Part shown: piece by piece, positions 28,323 through 41,459 of the stretch | How the letters are laid out: each line of letters begins with the position of its first letter | Numbering within the stretch: position 1 is the stretch's first letter | Assembly (NCBI GenBank): GCA_013239625.1 | Contig: MU056000.1 | Coordinates: 11,421,175-11,485,174 of the forward strand | DNA length: 64,000 nucleotides | Direction: 5' to 3' | Source of the DNA: Lama guanicoe | Lineage: Eukaryota | Notes under the pieces: generated by a model | Told to the model about the DNA's origin: nothing | What the model saw: only the letters and a program-made list of their open reading frames with translations | Databases searched by the model: none | Translations under genes and position numbers: made by a program

Positions 28323-28600
28323 AAAGGTATGAGCCATTCAAGATTTTGGTGCAGGGGAACTGGACCATATTTTAGAAAGCTAACTCTAAAAGCAGTGCCA
28401 AGGCTCTGTTTGAGTGAATGATGGAGAATTGGAAGGAAGAACAGAGTAAGGAGTATCAGTTAAGGAGTTGTTGAGAGAAGACAGAGATGATGAAAATGTG
28501 AACTGGGGTGGTAGTCATGGAGACAGAAAGGGAGGGCAACATTAGCTCCGTAAGCTAATCAAATCTGAGGGACTTGGCAACTGATTAGATATAGGTGGAG

Positions 28601-28710
28601 AATATGTAAATGAATAAATGTATGTATATGCCTGACTGGGACATTGTGCTATACACCAGAAACTGACACACTGTAACTGACTGTGCTTCAATTAAAAATA
28701 AATAAATAAA
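28601..28710 (+). mobile_element. Very short young L1 3' terminus
   Basis: tgactgggacattgtgctatacaccagaaactgacacactgtaactgact...ttcaatt plus (aaat)n tail. TSD-like AGATATAGGT (28587-28596) / AGATACAGGT (28712-28721). Confidence 0.8.
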
Positions 28711-28745
28711 CAGATACAGGTAGGATTGATGGAATTGTCCTAAAT

Positions 28746-28897
28746 CTGTGCTGTCTAGTACCATAGCCACTGGCTACATGTGGCTAGTGAGCTCCTGAAA
28801 TGTGCATCCAAGGAGCTGAAATTGTAGGTTAATTTTAATAAATTTGATTTCCAGTAGCTTCATGTGGCTAGTGGCTGCCATATTAGGCAACGCTGGT
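28746..28897. mobile_element. MER3 hAT-Charlie MITE (partial), inside L2 remnants
   Basis: ctgtgctgtc...tagccactggctacatgtggcta...catgtggctagtggctgccatatt. Confidence 0.7.
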
Positions 28898-29736
28898 CTA
28901 GCAGGTATTTGGCTGTATGTGTTTGATGTTTGACAGAACATGGTCTAGGCTGGAGCATGACTTTCAGGAGTCGTTAGCTTACAGGCAATTGCTGAAGCCA
29001 CGTCTGTGCGTGAGACCACGGAAGGGAGGGGCGCAGATGCTAACAGAAGAGTTAAGGATGAAATTATTTGGGAACCCGGTTCGATAAGTGGCACACTGCA
29101 GAAAAGAGTAAGAAAACAGCTCCTAAGACGGAAAAAGGCAAAGCAGAAGAGAGAAAGGTGTTGCAAAACCTCAGGAGAAATTTCAAGGAGAGAGCAGTCC
29201 ACCGTGTCACAGAAAAATGGACTTTTTAAATAAACTATGAGAAAAGACTTCCACAATTACAGTATTCTTTTGCCAAGAAATGCAGTGGTCATATTTTGTT
29301 CGCCAAGAGTAAGTACATTGTGCTCTGACCTTGGATTTTTATTTTTATTCTCCCTGCCTCACCCCTACTGATGTGAACGACGTTTCAACAGTTTATGGCG
29401 GCAACAATAAGGAATTTATAAAGATGAGACTACACCAGGAAATCCAGAATAGTATGCCCCTAAAAACGCCGTGGCAGACAGCCCAGAATTTCTTCCCCAT
29501 GAAGGCCTCAGTAGAGATTGTATAATTTTTGTCAAACGCTGCTGCGGATAACAATATCAGTTTTCATAGACTCCACCTAACTACTCTGTAAAGTAGGCGG
29601 AATTATTTCCAGTTTACGAAAGAGGAGGCTGGTGGCCCCTGGGGTTTCAGCAACTTGTCTTAAATGATGCAAGTTGCACACAGGAGAGCAGAGGCAGCGA
29701 CCCAAGTTCATCTGTCTTCAGTGTTCTTTCTCCTTA

Positions 29737-30110
29737 ACAGCATTCCCTAAACTTGAGACGTTTACAAATGCCTTCATGATTTTTTGCCGTGTCTACTCAC
29801 CGCCTGTACTGCTATTCACTTAATATTTTTAAAAGTAAACTTACAGTATTGTTTAAAAAATAAGCATTACAATATTACCTTACTTAAAAGGCCAGTATCA
29901 CTTGGCATAACTAAGTGATTTTTAATAAAAATAATTATAGTGAATAATTTTAAAAGCATAAAAATGCTACTAAATGCTAACTAAATGCTGCTGCCTATTA
30001 AAGACTTTGAATCTGAGGCCTGCTTTCTTTTTGTTAAAAAGGAAGATTAGCAAATGTGTAAAGAGGTTCTAAAGACACGCTCTACCGTAAAGAGACTATC
30101 GCCTCGCCTT
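29737..30110 (+). mobile_element. MER113-like hAT-Charlie element
   Basis: ccttcatgattttttgcc...cctgtactgctattcacttaatattttt...ccagtatcacttggcataa...ctgaggcctgctttctttttgttaaaaaggaagattagcaa matches recalled MER113. Confidence 0.7.
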
Positions 30111-33100
30111 TTGAAAAGAGTAGCGTTGGACAGCAGTGGTACTCTCTCGTGGGGACGAAACATGCTTCTTTCTAGTAAAGAATGAATAATATAAGGTCAT
30201 CTCCCTTTGCCATTTTACAGATGAAAAACAGCGCTAAGAAGTCATCGTTTCAACACAAAATAAAGCCATAAGGAGGCTGGTGAATTATAATCCAGGACTA
30301 ATACAGAGTTTCCGAGGCCACCTGATATTTCCTCGGGCATACGTTTCCTAAAAGATCCTTTCTAGATACTAGGCGTTGCAGGCAAAACCGGCCTTCACAA
30401 GATGTTCACAAGATGCCATTTTTGTATATTTCACTGATTGTATTTATGGCTTTTAGAGCAGTGTGGGTTAAAAGCTTCCTTAGCAGTGTGACCTGTTCCC
30501 TTTTAGAAGAATTTAAGGGCAAAACAGAATCCATACTCAGTTCAGAGTCAATAACTGGATAAATTGGGGAACACGTGTTTAGGCAGACGTTAGACTAAAC
30601 TATATCCTCTGATATGAAAGGACCCTCACCATCCTCGTCAAGACTTCAGGGACCAACCACCATAGCTGCGCCCTCATAGGACTGATCTAAGTGACTGATA
30701 AAGCAAAGTTTTTATTCTCGAACAGGAATCTTGGCCATAATCTCATCCTAGGGGCGCCACCTTCTAGATAATATTCCCGGCAAGAACCCGTGAGTCCCAG
30801 AGGTAACTCCCTCCAGGTAAAATGCAAGATTAACCTTGTCTGTGTAGATTTCCACTTGATAGCAACCAATACCTTAAATAAGTTCTAGGGTGTGTGTATG
30901 ATGTGAACCACATTAAAAGAAAATATTTTGAAATAAAACAAGAAGGAAAAGATCCCTTAGATTGTATTTTTTTTCCACTAGCTAGGTTTTATAGATCTGT
31001 TTTTTTAAGCTTGAGTTTAAGCTAAGAAAAGAAACCTTGCTTTTTATGGCAAGAATTCTTGAGTAGAAAGACAACTTATAATCGAAAGCATCTTGCACAA
31101 AAGTTTTGGTAATCAGAGGGGGAAAATGCAGAGTAGCTTTGTAAATTTAGACTTTGAAAGGCCAGTGTAATGTAAATATGACTTCCTAGAGTGTAAACAG
31201 CAGTGGTTTGAAAATAAAAACTTGTACAAAACAGGCAGCTATCTAGTTAGAAGAAAATGTGTCTAATAAGCATGTATACATGAGATGCCTTGAATATTTT
31301 TGATACTGTACTGTCATTACTAAAGATGTAAAATTTCCAAGACTTTTAAAGCCACGAGAATAGAAGTTGATAGAGGTGGGGCTTTTTTGTTTTTTCACCA
31401 GAAGAAAACAAGTATACTTTTTGGTATTCTTTACATATTTAATTTTAGAACATAAAACATATTGCTCACACATAAATCACTCCCTCGGAAGTGTTTTAAA
31501 TTATTAATGGTGCCACAAGTTCTTAAACTTTAAAGAATCCACTATCTCTCATTTTAGACAACAGATGAAAATATTAATGTAAGTATCATTTTATTGATTT
31601 GGCTTAAGATCTCCATTTTGTCCAACGAAGTTTAGCCTCATTTAGAGAAAATCCAAACGCCTACCAAAAATCTTCCTTAATTCACATGTTTGCCACTGCT
31701 GGGAGATTTTATATTCATTGTCTTCACCTTGGATTTCTGAAAACTGACTCTTTTTTCAGACCTGGACATACTTTTCTGTCTTTTTCCATCCTGGATTTTG
31801 TGTGATTTAAGCACATCCTCAACATAGTCATTTTTCTCTCTCCTGAAAGGCTACAAGCAATTGGAGAGGGCGTTGCCTTTGCCATGGAGGTACTTCAGTG
31901 GGGCTGTGGTGCAGGAAAGAGGTGGGCTCGGAACATTTGCTCTATAATCTTGTCAAATGGAAAAACTCCTCCCTTCCAGACCCCACTGGGCTCTGGGGCA
32001 GCAGTAACAGTATGTTAAATAATACAGTGAATGAATGAATCACTGCTTTCTTTTCTGCCTATAAATCTGTAATCCAAGAATCTGCAGCAGCTCAACCTAC
32101 TGAATTTTAATACACAATGTCTATCTCTGTGTATTCCTTGCAGTTTATTTGGTGTACTTTCCTGCAGACATCAGTGGTGCATAGTTTTGTGTTACGTTTC
32201 AAGTTTTTGGATATATCCAGCTTCTCGAGCTGGATCACGAGGAGACACAGGCCACAAAATATATGCCTTGTTCCAACAAGGGATGCTCATTTCTCCTTAA
32301 ATTCTCCCATTCTGCTTTCATGCCATTCACATGTGTTCATCTCTGTCTTTCTTAGAATCTTACGTATTCGTAATTGACAACCTCTTTTCCATTTCCATTT
32401 TTATATTTGAAATTAACCAGACATCCTTTTTGCAGATCTTATGATTTTTTCCTTGTATAGCTTTGTCTGTTTGTCGGTTCTTCCATTCACCCATCCATCC
32501 GACCACAAGGTAATCCATTGTGTCTGTCTTTAATGGGTTCCATTATTCACGTACTTTGCTCAAAGAATATCTGCAGAGTCCGCAGCTTCGTAACTTTAGA
32601 AAGCCACCTGCCTTTTACATTCTAGAAATTTTTCATAAGTTATGAAGATGTATTTGTCTCCTAAGAGTTTGGGCATTCCTTGTCCTGATATTTCAGGGGA
32701 CGTTTTATCTTCAAACAAGAGATCCAAGCAGCCTTTGCGTGTACTGCTTTCCAGTGTTTCTGGCCAAGAATGCTGTGTGGGTGGTATCTGTGCCTCATGG
32801 TGATGTGGCTACCATAGAAGCAGCAGGAAAGGAGGGCTTTTAAACAAGCCACCCTGTGCCATTTCATCATGATCTCCATTTCCAATGATCAAAAAGACGT
32901 CTCAGAATTTAAGGACACAGTGTAGGCATCAGTAGGTGTGATTCTTGATAGGAGCTTTTGGAAATGTGTATTTCACTTGCCACTTTTTGCAAGCGCTGTT
33001 TACCCTGCTCAAAATAATGCCTGGTGGGAAGAGTTCTTTCATTTACTACTGTGGATCTCACCATTTGCCTGGGGGTGGGGGTGGGTGGTATAGAAAGACG

Positions 33101-33112
33101 TAACATAATGGA

Positions 33113-33582
33113 TTTTTTCCAATGTAGTCCATTTACAGTGTGTTAATTTCTGGTGTACAGCATAGTGATTCAGTTATACATATATATATTCCTTTTTATA
33201 CTCTTTTTCATTATAGACCATTACAAGGTTTTGAATATGTGCTATACAGTGGGACCTTGTTGTTTATCTATTTTATATACAGTGGTTAGTATCTGCATAC
33301 CTTGAGCTCCCAATTTATCCCTCTACATCCCCTTTCGCCCTGGTAATCACAAGTTTGTTTCCTCATATGTCTGTGAGTCTGGTCTGTCTCTGATTTGTAA
33401 ATAAGTTCATTTGTGTCCTTTTTTTTCTTTCTTTTGTTTTTAGATTCCACATGTAAGTAATATCATGTGGTATTTTTCTTTCTCTTTCTGGCTTATTTCA
33501 CTTAGTATAATGTCTCCAGGTCCAACCATGTTGCTGCAAATGACATTATTTTATTCTTTTTTAATGGCTGAGTAGTATTCTA
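33113..33582 (-). mobile_element. L1 3' end (3'UTR plus ORF2 tail)
   Basis: gtgttaatttctggtgtacagcatagtgattcagttata...tagattccacatgtaag...ccatgttgctgcaaatg...atggctgagtagtattc. Confidence 0.9.
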
Positions 33583-34496
33583 TAATGGCTAATTTTTATG
33601 TAATTGTATACAAAAGTGTACAATGTATTAAAATTCGCACTAATATCCTCCCAGAGTTATCATTATACTGTGTTGTAGACCAATAGGTACCACCTTCCTG
33701 CTAAGATAGAGAGGCGGGTTTTGTCCTCAACACCTCAGATAGGTAGAAAGTCACCTGGAAAAGGTATTCAGATATGAAAACATGTTCATTCCTACAAAAT
33801 GCCCTACATTCAGAGTCTTAAGCTCAAATAAAGTCAGCTTTCTTTCCGCTTCTGTTTTTATTGCAGTGTCATAAGGCCAGGCGGAGGTTTCCAGGTTTCT
33901 TCTAACTCTGCCATCTTGATGATCCTCTCCTCTCTGCGTGTGTATCCATGATGTCAGGGCATCTGCATCTTTGTTTCTAAGCTCTGTCAGGAAAATTAGC
34001 AGCTATTGCCCATGTCCATTTAGCTGTCAGTCCTCTGAAAAGGACATAGGAGAAAAAACTATGTACACAGGAAGTACTAGGTCTTTCCGAGTGCCCTGCG
34101 CAGACAGAGTGTACCACTTCGTGGGCGGAAATGACCCTTGTTTTGAATTGAATGCCACGCTCTATTTTCTTGGCTTATTGGCATTTGTATTCTTGGACTC
34201 TTGATAGTTCTATGTGGAAAACTACTTCTGTTTTTATAAACTATACCTAGTGGCAGTAAATGGCTCCAGCACCAAAGAACAAGATAGACTGTGTGTCAAG
34301 CCATGCATATTTTTATCCATAATAGCATTTACTTCCAAATTAAAAGTATGTGTATATATATGTATGTATGTATGTATTTGGCAAAATATATGTATATTTA
34401 CGTATTTCTATTTCCCCATATATATTTCTTGACATAAAGTATTCGGAAAATATGCTTTGTGACAACATCTAGCTATGTACATCTCCAGTTGTTACC

Positions 34497-34852
34497 TGTC
34501 TTTGTTCAGGCTGCTACAGCCAAAGACTGCAGACTGGGTGGCTTATAAACCACAAAATGTATTTCTCACAGATCTGGAGGCTGGAAGTCCAAGATCAAGG
34601 TGCTGGCAGATTCTGTGTCTGGTGGGGGCCCACTTCCTCATGGATGTCAGCCTTCTCACTGTAACCTCACATGGCGGAAGTGAGAGCTAGCTCTCTGGGG
34701 TCTCTTTGACAGAAGCCCTAATCCCATTCATGAAGGTTCTCCCTAAAGATCTAATCACTTTCCAAAGGCCCCAGCCCCCAATACCATCACCTGGGAGTTA
34801 AGATTTCAGCACACGCATTTGAGAGGGATGGAAACATGCAGACCATAGCAAC
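34497..34852 (-). mobile_element. MLT1A-like MaLR LTR
   Basis: agactgggtggcttataaac...tggaggctggaagtccaagatcaaggtgctggcagattc...aatcccattcatga...agaccatagca. Confidence 0.85.
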
Positions 34853-35984
34853 ACTCATCATTCTTTATTATTTTTGTAATTACCAGGTGCTATTTATCAA
34901 TTATGATAAGTTGTATGCTTTCTAAAATTCTCTGCGGGTTCTTGACCTGCTGCAGAATAAGTAGGAAAGACTCAGAGAATGCTCGTGTAGGCTCTGGCAA
35001 AAGAGACGTCAGCCTTCCTGGCTGAAATCTCCCAGACTCCCCTGCTGTCTCCACACCCTGGCGAGCAGTGCAGAGCAATCGTGAATTACCGCCAGGAACC
35101 CAGCCGCTAAGTGCTGGGTAGGGGAGCCATTCCTGGGCCCCTGAGTCGCCCCAGGGCAGGATGTTCCTCACAGATGTGCAAGGCTGCCATCTCTTTCTGA
35201 CTGTGAATTCTGTTCATACGAGAGCATGATTTTTGACAAAGGAAAGAGAAAACTAAAAGCGTTACTAAATGCACAGCAGTGCTAGGCAATTTGGGCGCAT
35301 TCCTAGTATCCATTGCTGAGAGTGTGAAAAAGCAACAAAAAGTGAACCGGTTATAAATGTAGGTTTTTGGAATCCACCTCCACCCCCACTGTGACTATAG
35401 TTCATTCTTCAGGGGCCTAAGTCAAGCTGTGCAGGTCTCTGCGGAACACTGTTAAGGGTCTCTCTTTCAAGATGAACAGAATGTAAGCAGGCGGGGAGAG
35501 ATTTCAGAGCCCTCACAGCTGCAGAATGTCAGAGCTGTAAGTCTAAGATTATCTCCCCTCCACCCCCTGATCTGAAGTAAGCTGTTCACCTGTCTAAGAA
35601 AAACACTAACTTCAGACACAGTCTTGGAGTCCATATAATCATGGTTAGAATCATGGTAGCTTGGATGGCAGTTCTGAAATTCGTCATTGATTTACACTTA
35701 AGGTTTTCTTTAAAGATTTACTATTTATTTTAGCTGATTACAAAAAAAGAGTACGTATTTCTTTAATTAAGAATGATTTAAAATGCAGTGTGTATCCCAC
35801 CTGGGACAGAATAGTACATATCAACCTAGAAACTGTTCTTTTTTAGACATATAAATACTTCCCTTCAATTTAGGGCATTTATGTGCACCTACTATGTACC
35901 ATAAACCATGTCAGCCTTGCCAGGACACACATAAGAAAAGGATTTAACCCTTGTATCAAAGGAGTTTTTAGTGTAATGGAAGAC

Positions 35985-36390
35985 ATATCCATCATCCGTT
36001 GCCACAGTAATGCTGTGGTACAAATCACCCCTAATCTCAGTATTCTAGCTCACACATCTGTGGTTCATCTGGGCATCGGTTGACCCCAGCTGGGCTTGGT
36101 GGAGCATGGCTACAAGTTCTGTCTGCTAATCTGATAAGATACAGGCCTCTCTCCATCCTAAGATCAGTGGACCAGCCAAGCACGTTCTTCTCGTGGTGAC
36201 AGAAGCACACAACCACACAAATGGCTTTTGGCAGATCACATCCCCTAACATTCACTGGCCAAAGCAAGTCACATGGCCAAAGCCAGCATCACGGGACCAA
36301 AGAGGTACACGCTGCCTAAGAAGCCTGCAAAAGCATATGACAAAGGATATGGGAAATCTAGAGAGAGGTGCGAAATTGAACAATACAGTC
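35985..36390 (-). mobile_element. Old MLT1 LTR (J/K/L-like) within L2 remnants
   Basis: gtaatgctgtggtacaaatcacccc...ttcactggccaaagcaagtcacatggccaaagcc. Confidence 0.6.
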
Positions 36391-36960
36391 AAGCAAATTA
36401 GGGAAAGATAAATTCATGCATGTTTGTGTAACAAAGGGAAGGGATTTCAAAAGGGAAAGGATTAATAATATCTCAAAGACACTAAGAAAGTCTTCTCAGA
36501 GGAGGTGGCATTTGCTCTCAGTAACAAAAGGTGTTTGCATTTCAAGAGGCCGACAAGCTGTGCGTATAGGTGTGTGGGGAGTGAGGGGGAGGCAGACAGT
36601 AATTCAAGGATGCTCCACAAGCAAAGTCGTGGACACGTGTAGGACATGTGCAGTGTTAGGTTATGGAGAAGTACAGTAAAAAGAAAACATAGTAGAGAAA
36701 GCGTATCAGTAAGAAAGTTACAAATAGACAGCAGAGATGTCCTGTGTCAGAAGTCCTTGTGTTGAATGTTATTGCTGGAAGTTCTTTGAAAGGACAAGTG
36801 TCTGAAAATTCCCAAGGTACAAAATGTGAAAAAAGACCCAAGGATAGAATTTTTGTTTAAATCTTTAGAGCTATAATTAGAGCTGGAAATGACTTAGAAA
36901 TTATCTAGACCAACTCTCTTACTTCACAGATGAAGAAGTGTGTACTTTGGAGGTAAATTC

Positions 36961-37130
36961 TGTGTGTATGTGTGTGTATGTGTGTGTGTGTATATATATA
37001 TATATAATATATTATATATGTATGTATATTCACATGTGTGTATGAAATATATAAATATATTTAGAAAGAGAATAAATGTCTTCCTAGATCTATCCATCTA
37101 AATATTTAAAATATAATATATAAATATATT
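36961..37130. repeat. (TG)n/(TA)n compound microsatellite and AT-rich tract
   Basis: Read directly. Confidence 0.85.
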
Positions 37131-37724
37131 TGTGGAGAGAATCAATTCTTTCATATATACATCAAGGTTGGGGAAGGAGCAGATATGAACTGAGCAGCAG
37201 ACTTCTTAAAGTGGTATTCCTAAGAACGTTCCATCCTCCATAAACTTAAGAACCACGTGATTACACCCCCCAAAGCAACAACAACAACAAAAAACCACTT
37301 GTATCCTCTTCAAGTGATCTTTCTGGTTCACATTATTCAGATGCAAAGGGAGAAATTATTAATAAGAAGAAAAAATAAATATTGTCCAGAAATTCCATGC
37401 CTGAAAATGCCATCTGAAATGCCAGCCTAACAGAAGAAGGAAGTGGGGTGGTTCCCCAGAACCCAGACCACAGAGCTTAGGGTACTGCTATCAAAAGATG
37501 GACAGTAGGGGGCAGGTGAGGACAAAGACAGCCAATGTTCTGCACACCCACTGGCCAGCCTTCCCCTCCTGTGAAACACGTTTGTAAATGAAACATTTTC
37601 ATCTGCCTAACCGAAGTATAATTAGAAAAGTAAATCAGTTTGCGTCATCATATATGAGGTTTCATCCCAGTGTAAAAATAACTAAACTTTGAAGTTGTGT
37701 CCTTTAATCACCATTAATGTAGCT

Positions 37725-37946
37725 CAGAGGTCAGCAGACTGCAGCCCTCCGGCCAAAGCAGCTGATCTGTTTTTACAGAACAAGTTTGATGGAAATATCC
37801 ACGACTGCCCGGTTACAGATTGTTTATGGCAGCTTTTGCTCCAAAACGGCAGGGCTGAGTAATTGCAACAGAGACAGAGCCCACATGGCTTGCAGTGCCT
37901 CAGAAATTTCGTATCCGGCCCTTTCCAGCTAGTCTGCGCAGCCCTG
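37725..37946. mobile_element. MER58A hAT-Charlie MITE
   Basis: CAG...CTG ends; tttatggcagcttttgctcc...ggcagggctgagtaattgcaacagagac...tatccggccctttcca. Confidence 0.75.
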
Positions 37947-38140
37947 GTGCAGATACTGGAGGATGGGCCCTTTTCCGGAATGGGTGAAGCTGGCATGTGC
38001 TTCCGCTTCCGGTGATGGATTCAGCAGGGGTCCGTCCAGGGAGGACGGCAGTGGAATGAGTGTCACCACCTCGCCTGCCTCCTTCCGTCCGGGGCTCTGC
38101 TCCCGCCGTCCTTAACCCTTTGCTCTCTGTCCTTTGCCAG

Positions 38141-38752
38141 ACTCCGACCTGAGCATGCGCACACTGAGCACGCCCAGCCCAGCCCTGATATGTCCACCGA
38201 ACCTGCCGGGATTTCAGAATGGAAGGGGCTCGTCCACCTCCTCGTCCTCCATCACCGGGGAGACGGTGGCCATGGTCCACTCCCCGCCCCCGACCCGCCT
38301 CACCCACCCGCTTATCCGGCTGGCCTCCAGGCCGCAGAAGGAGCAGGCCAGCATCGAGCGCCTGCCGGACCACGCCCTGGTGCAGGTCTTCTCCTTCCTG
38401 CCCACCAACCAGCTGTGCCGCTGCGCCCGCGTGTGCCGCCGCTGGTACAACCTGGCCTGGGACCCGAGGCTCTGGAGGACTATCCGCCTGACGGGCGAGA
38501 CCATCAACGTGGACCGCGCCCTCAAGGTGCTGACCCGCAGGCTCTGCCAGGACACGCCCAACGTCTGCCTCATGCTGGAAACCGTCAGTGTCAGTGGCTG
38601 CAGGCGGCTCACGGACCGAGGTCTTTACACCATTGCCCAGTGCTGCCCGGAGCTGAGGCGGCTGGAAGTCTCCGGCTGTTACAATATCTCCAACGAGGCG
38701 GTCTTCGACGTGGTGTCCCTCTGTCCCAACCTGGAGCACCTGGATGTGTCAG
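38141..38752 (+). CDS. FBXL7: FBXL7 internal coding exon (orthologous to human exon 3): Ser/Pro-rich region, F-box and first LRRs
   Basis: Acceptor ctctgtcctttgccag|AC and donor TCAG|gtacgt; 612 bp, phase 1/1, open frame. Translation (D)SDLSMRTLSTPSPALICPPNLPGFQNGRG...IERLPDHALVQVFSFLPTNQLCRCARVCRRWYNLAWDPRLW...CPNLEHLDVS(G) is near-identical to recalled mammalian FBXL7. Confidence 0.97.
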
Positions 38753-40901
38753 GTACGTGGCAACTGACCTGCTATCAGTGGGCCCCTCCCAGTGCACCAT
38801 CCCAAAGCAGTAGAGGACATGGTCACCTGGGAAGGGGCCCCTCTGTGAAAGCCATTAGAGATGACGGTAAGGAGGCAGACTCTTCTTCCTAAAATACTGT
38901 CTTTTTGGAATCAGGACCCTGGGGGCCAGCCGTATCCTCTTCATCAAATAATGTCAATTTCTTAGAGGAACTAGAGGCACCTTTTGTCCAGCAGTTCATT
39001 ATTATGACTTTGAAATGCGTCTGTCCTCCCCAAATACTCAAAGTCATTTCAGAGCAACCGTAGATAATGGGGACTAAATATCTCATTGCAGATAAATAGG
39101 AACCAACTATCTAACTCAAACGCAAGTAGTTTAGAAAAACCACCCTGACGTCCACTGGTTGTGGTTCCCTGGAGCCTGAGAGCTGTGTCCAGCCGATTCT
39201 GTGCTGCGGGCTGTGCTCGTGACTGTTGCAGACACTGGGGAAAACCCATCCCGGCCAGCGGGCTCCTCATGTTTCACCCTCCTCTCCTCACCCTTGGACA
39301 GATATTGCATCTCTTCTCGGCGAAATTCTCAGTTACAGGGTGCAAGGGTAGGGCCCGAGGAGTGGAGCCTTCGGTTCTTTTTAAAAATGAAGGAAATCCC
39401 AGCATGGCTGCTTTGCTTGCAAAGCTCTCTCAGGCAGGAAGAATTAAAACCCAGACTCACACTCGGGCGCCAGACGTAGATCCAGCCGGACTAACAGCCT
39501 TTCTTTATCTCATCCACTGCCCAGTCGAAAGATGAACGTTTGAGAGGCTGAAATGTGTAGGATGCATCAGGGAGTTAGAGAAATGAACAGCGTGAGCCAC
39601 CGCCTCAGGGACTGTTGCCGGGTTGGGGGGACGGGGTGGGGCCGGGGAGAAGTAAAAACCGCTGTGACAAGCGAATAAACAAAATTTGCGATTTACAAGC
39701 ATCTGAGGTAAATGATACCCTCCCACCAAACCCGAGGTAAAAGTCAGCTCTCTGAGCTCACTCTCTCTTTTGAAAACCAACATCTGAAAATATTTCAGAT
39801 GACAGTCAATTATTTTTCGCAGATTCGTTCCCCCGCTGGAAAGCAGCTCTCCGCTCCCCTTGTTCAGCTGGCTTCAGGACAAAACCGTCGTAACCGTTTG
39901 TTCAGTTAGTCTTGAGCAGCTGTTGGCGTCAAGAAGCAGGAACTGAAGAGGTTTTTCTTACATTTTTCCCCCCAAGGAATTCTGGAAAGAGAAAGCATTG
40001 TGATGTGGTGGAAACTAGTTTCAAAACTTGTGATCTGGGACAATTCACAGCTTTCTCTAGATGTGTTTCCTCTTCACTTAAAAAAAAAAAAAAGGTGGGA
40101 GGGGGGGCTAAGGGATTTGACTCTTTAGCACTCTAAGATTTCTGAACCTTGAGGGCCTCGTTTATAAACACCTCGTTTTCTTTTAACTTTCTCAGATTAG
40201 AAAATGACTCAGTTTTGGGCTCCCCATCTTTGTTAAAGGGGCTCCCCATACACCCCCAGTACAGGCTGCAAGTAATTGTGTTCTCTCTTTGGAGTCTTTT
40301 TGACATTCAGAAATGCAGAAACGACTTTGGCTGGTTGGGAGTGGAAGTTTCTGGGCTTCTAGCCTGAGTGAGTGGATCCTGCCCGACCCCTTTGCTAACC
40401 ATTGTGTAAACCTTCATGCCCATGCTCTCCATCTGCCTGACCCATTGCAGGATCTTCCTCACACGTCCCCCGATGACCCCCTGAGATCTGTGTACATAGA
40501 GTCTGTCCATGGGGGAATCAGACTCACCAAGAGCATAGAATTCCAGGTGTTGGCAGGGCCAGGGTGGGGCTATTCGTGTAGATGAACTTGAAAGACCCAA
40601 CAGGCCATAAGGATGGGTCTGTGTCACCACCTCTGAGTGGTGCCCTCCAGCTCTGAGGGAATCTGGAAATTGCTGTGGTTTCACCTATGCCTTGTTCCCC
40701 TTGGTTCTCACACCTTCTCGATGGCAATAAACTTGACTTTGGAAGACTCATCTCTGGTCTGGAGCTTAATTCTCCCAGAGGACATGAGACTGCCCCTCCC
40801 ATCCTTAACAAGCCCAGCTTGAAAGTTATCTTTTAAAGTCATTGAAAGTTAGTGTAATTAGCTCTAGTGTTTTTTCATTATCACATATTACCTTTTATTA
40901 A

Positions 40902-41358
40902 TGATTAGTCAGGGTTCTCTAAAGATATATATATATTCATATATATACATATGAATTGGCTCGCACAGTGATGGCGTCTGAGAAGTCCCACAGTTTGCGA
41001 TCTGCGAGCTGAGACCCAGGAAAATTCGTTGTGCAGTTCAGTCTGAGTCTAAAAGCCTGAGAACCAGGGTTGCCGATGGTGTTGGTCTGAGTCCAAAGGC
41101 AGGAGAAAAGCAATGTGCCAGCTCAGTCAGACAGAGAGAGAGAATTCTCTGTTCTACCCTTTTGTTCTATTCAGACCCTCAGCAGATTGCATAGTGTCCA
41201 GCCACGTTGGGGACGGCAGTCTGCTTGACTGGGTCTCCTGGTTCAAATGTTAATCTTATCCAGAAACACATTCACAGGCACACCCAGAAATAAGATTTAG
41301 CCAAATATCTTGGTACCTCGACATCTAGTCAAGGTGACACATGACCTTAGCCATCACA
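40902..41358 (-). mobile_element. MLT2B-like ERVL LTR
   Basis: attagtcagggttctct...gaattggctc...gagaagtccca...aaatgttaatctt...cacccagaaataa...agtcaaggtgacacat...ccatcaca. Confidence 0.85.
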
Positions 41359-41459
41359 ATATCACCTTTAAACAGCAATGGAATATATTAAAACCAACCA
41401 GTCTTCAAAGTACAAAGTCTGACAGTTACTACGAGTGAAATTGCTCCAAAAGGGCCCTC

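Noticed and set aside
30394..30415. 11-bp tandem duplication TTCACAAGATG x2
   Set aside because: An ordinary slippage duplication with no further structure.
37900..38739. 279-aa antisense ORF and other overlapping ORFs (38190-38813, 38214-38612, 38219-38491)
   Set aside because: Shadow frames of a GC-rich coding exon that lacks stops in alternative frames; no recognisable protein, and the antisense ORF ends inside a MER58A.
38134..38892. 252-aa ORF as a single-exon gene
   Set aside because: The TTG start lies in the polypyrimidine tract, and the tail after LDVSG is intron read-through past the GT donor at 38753.
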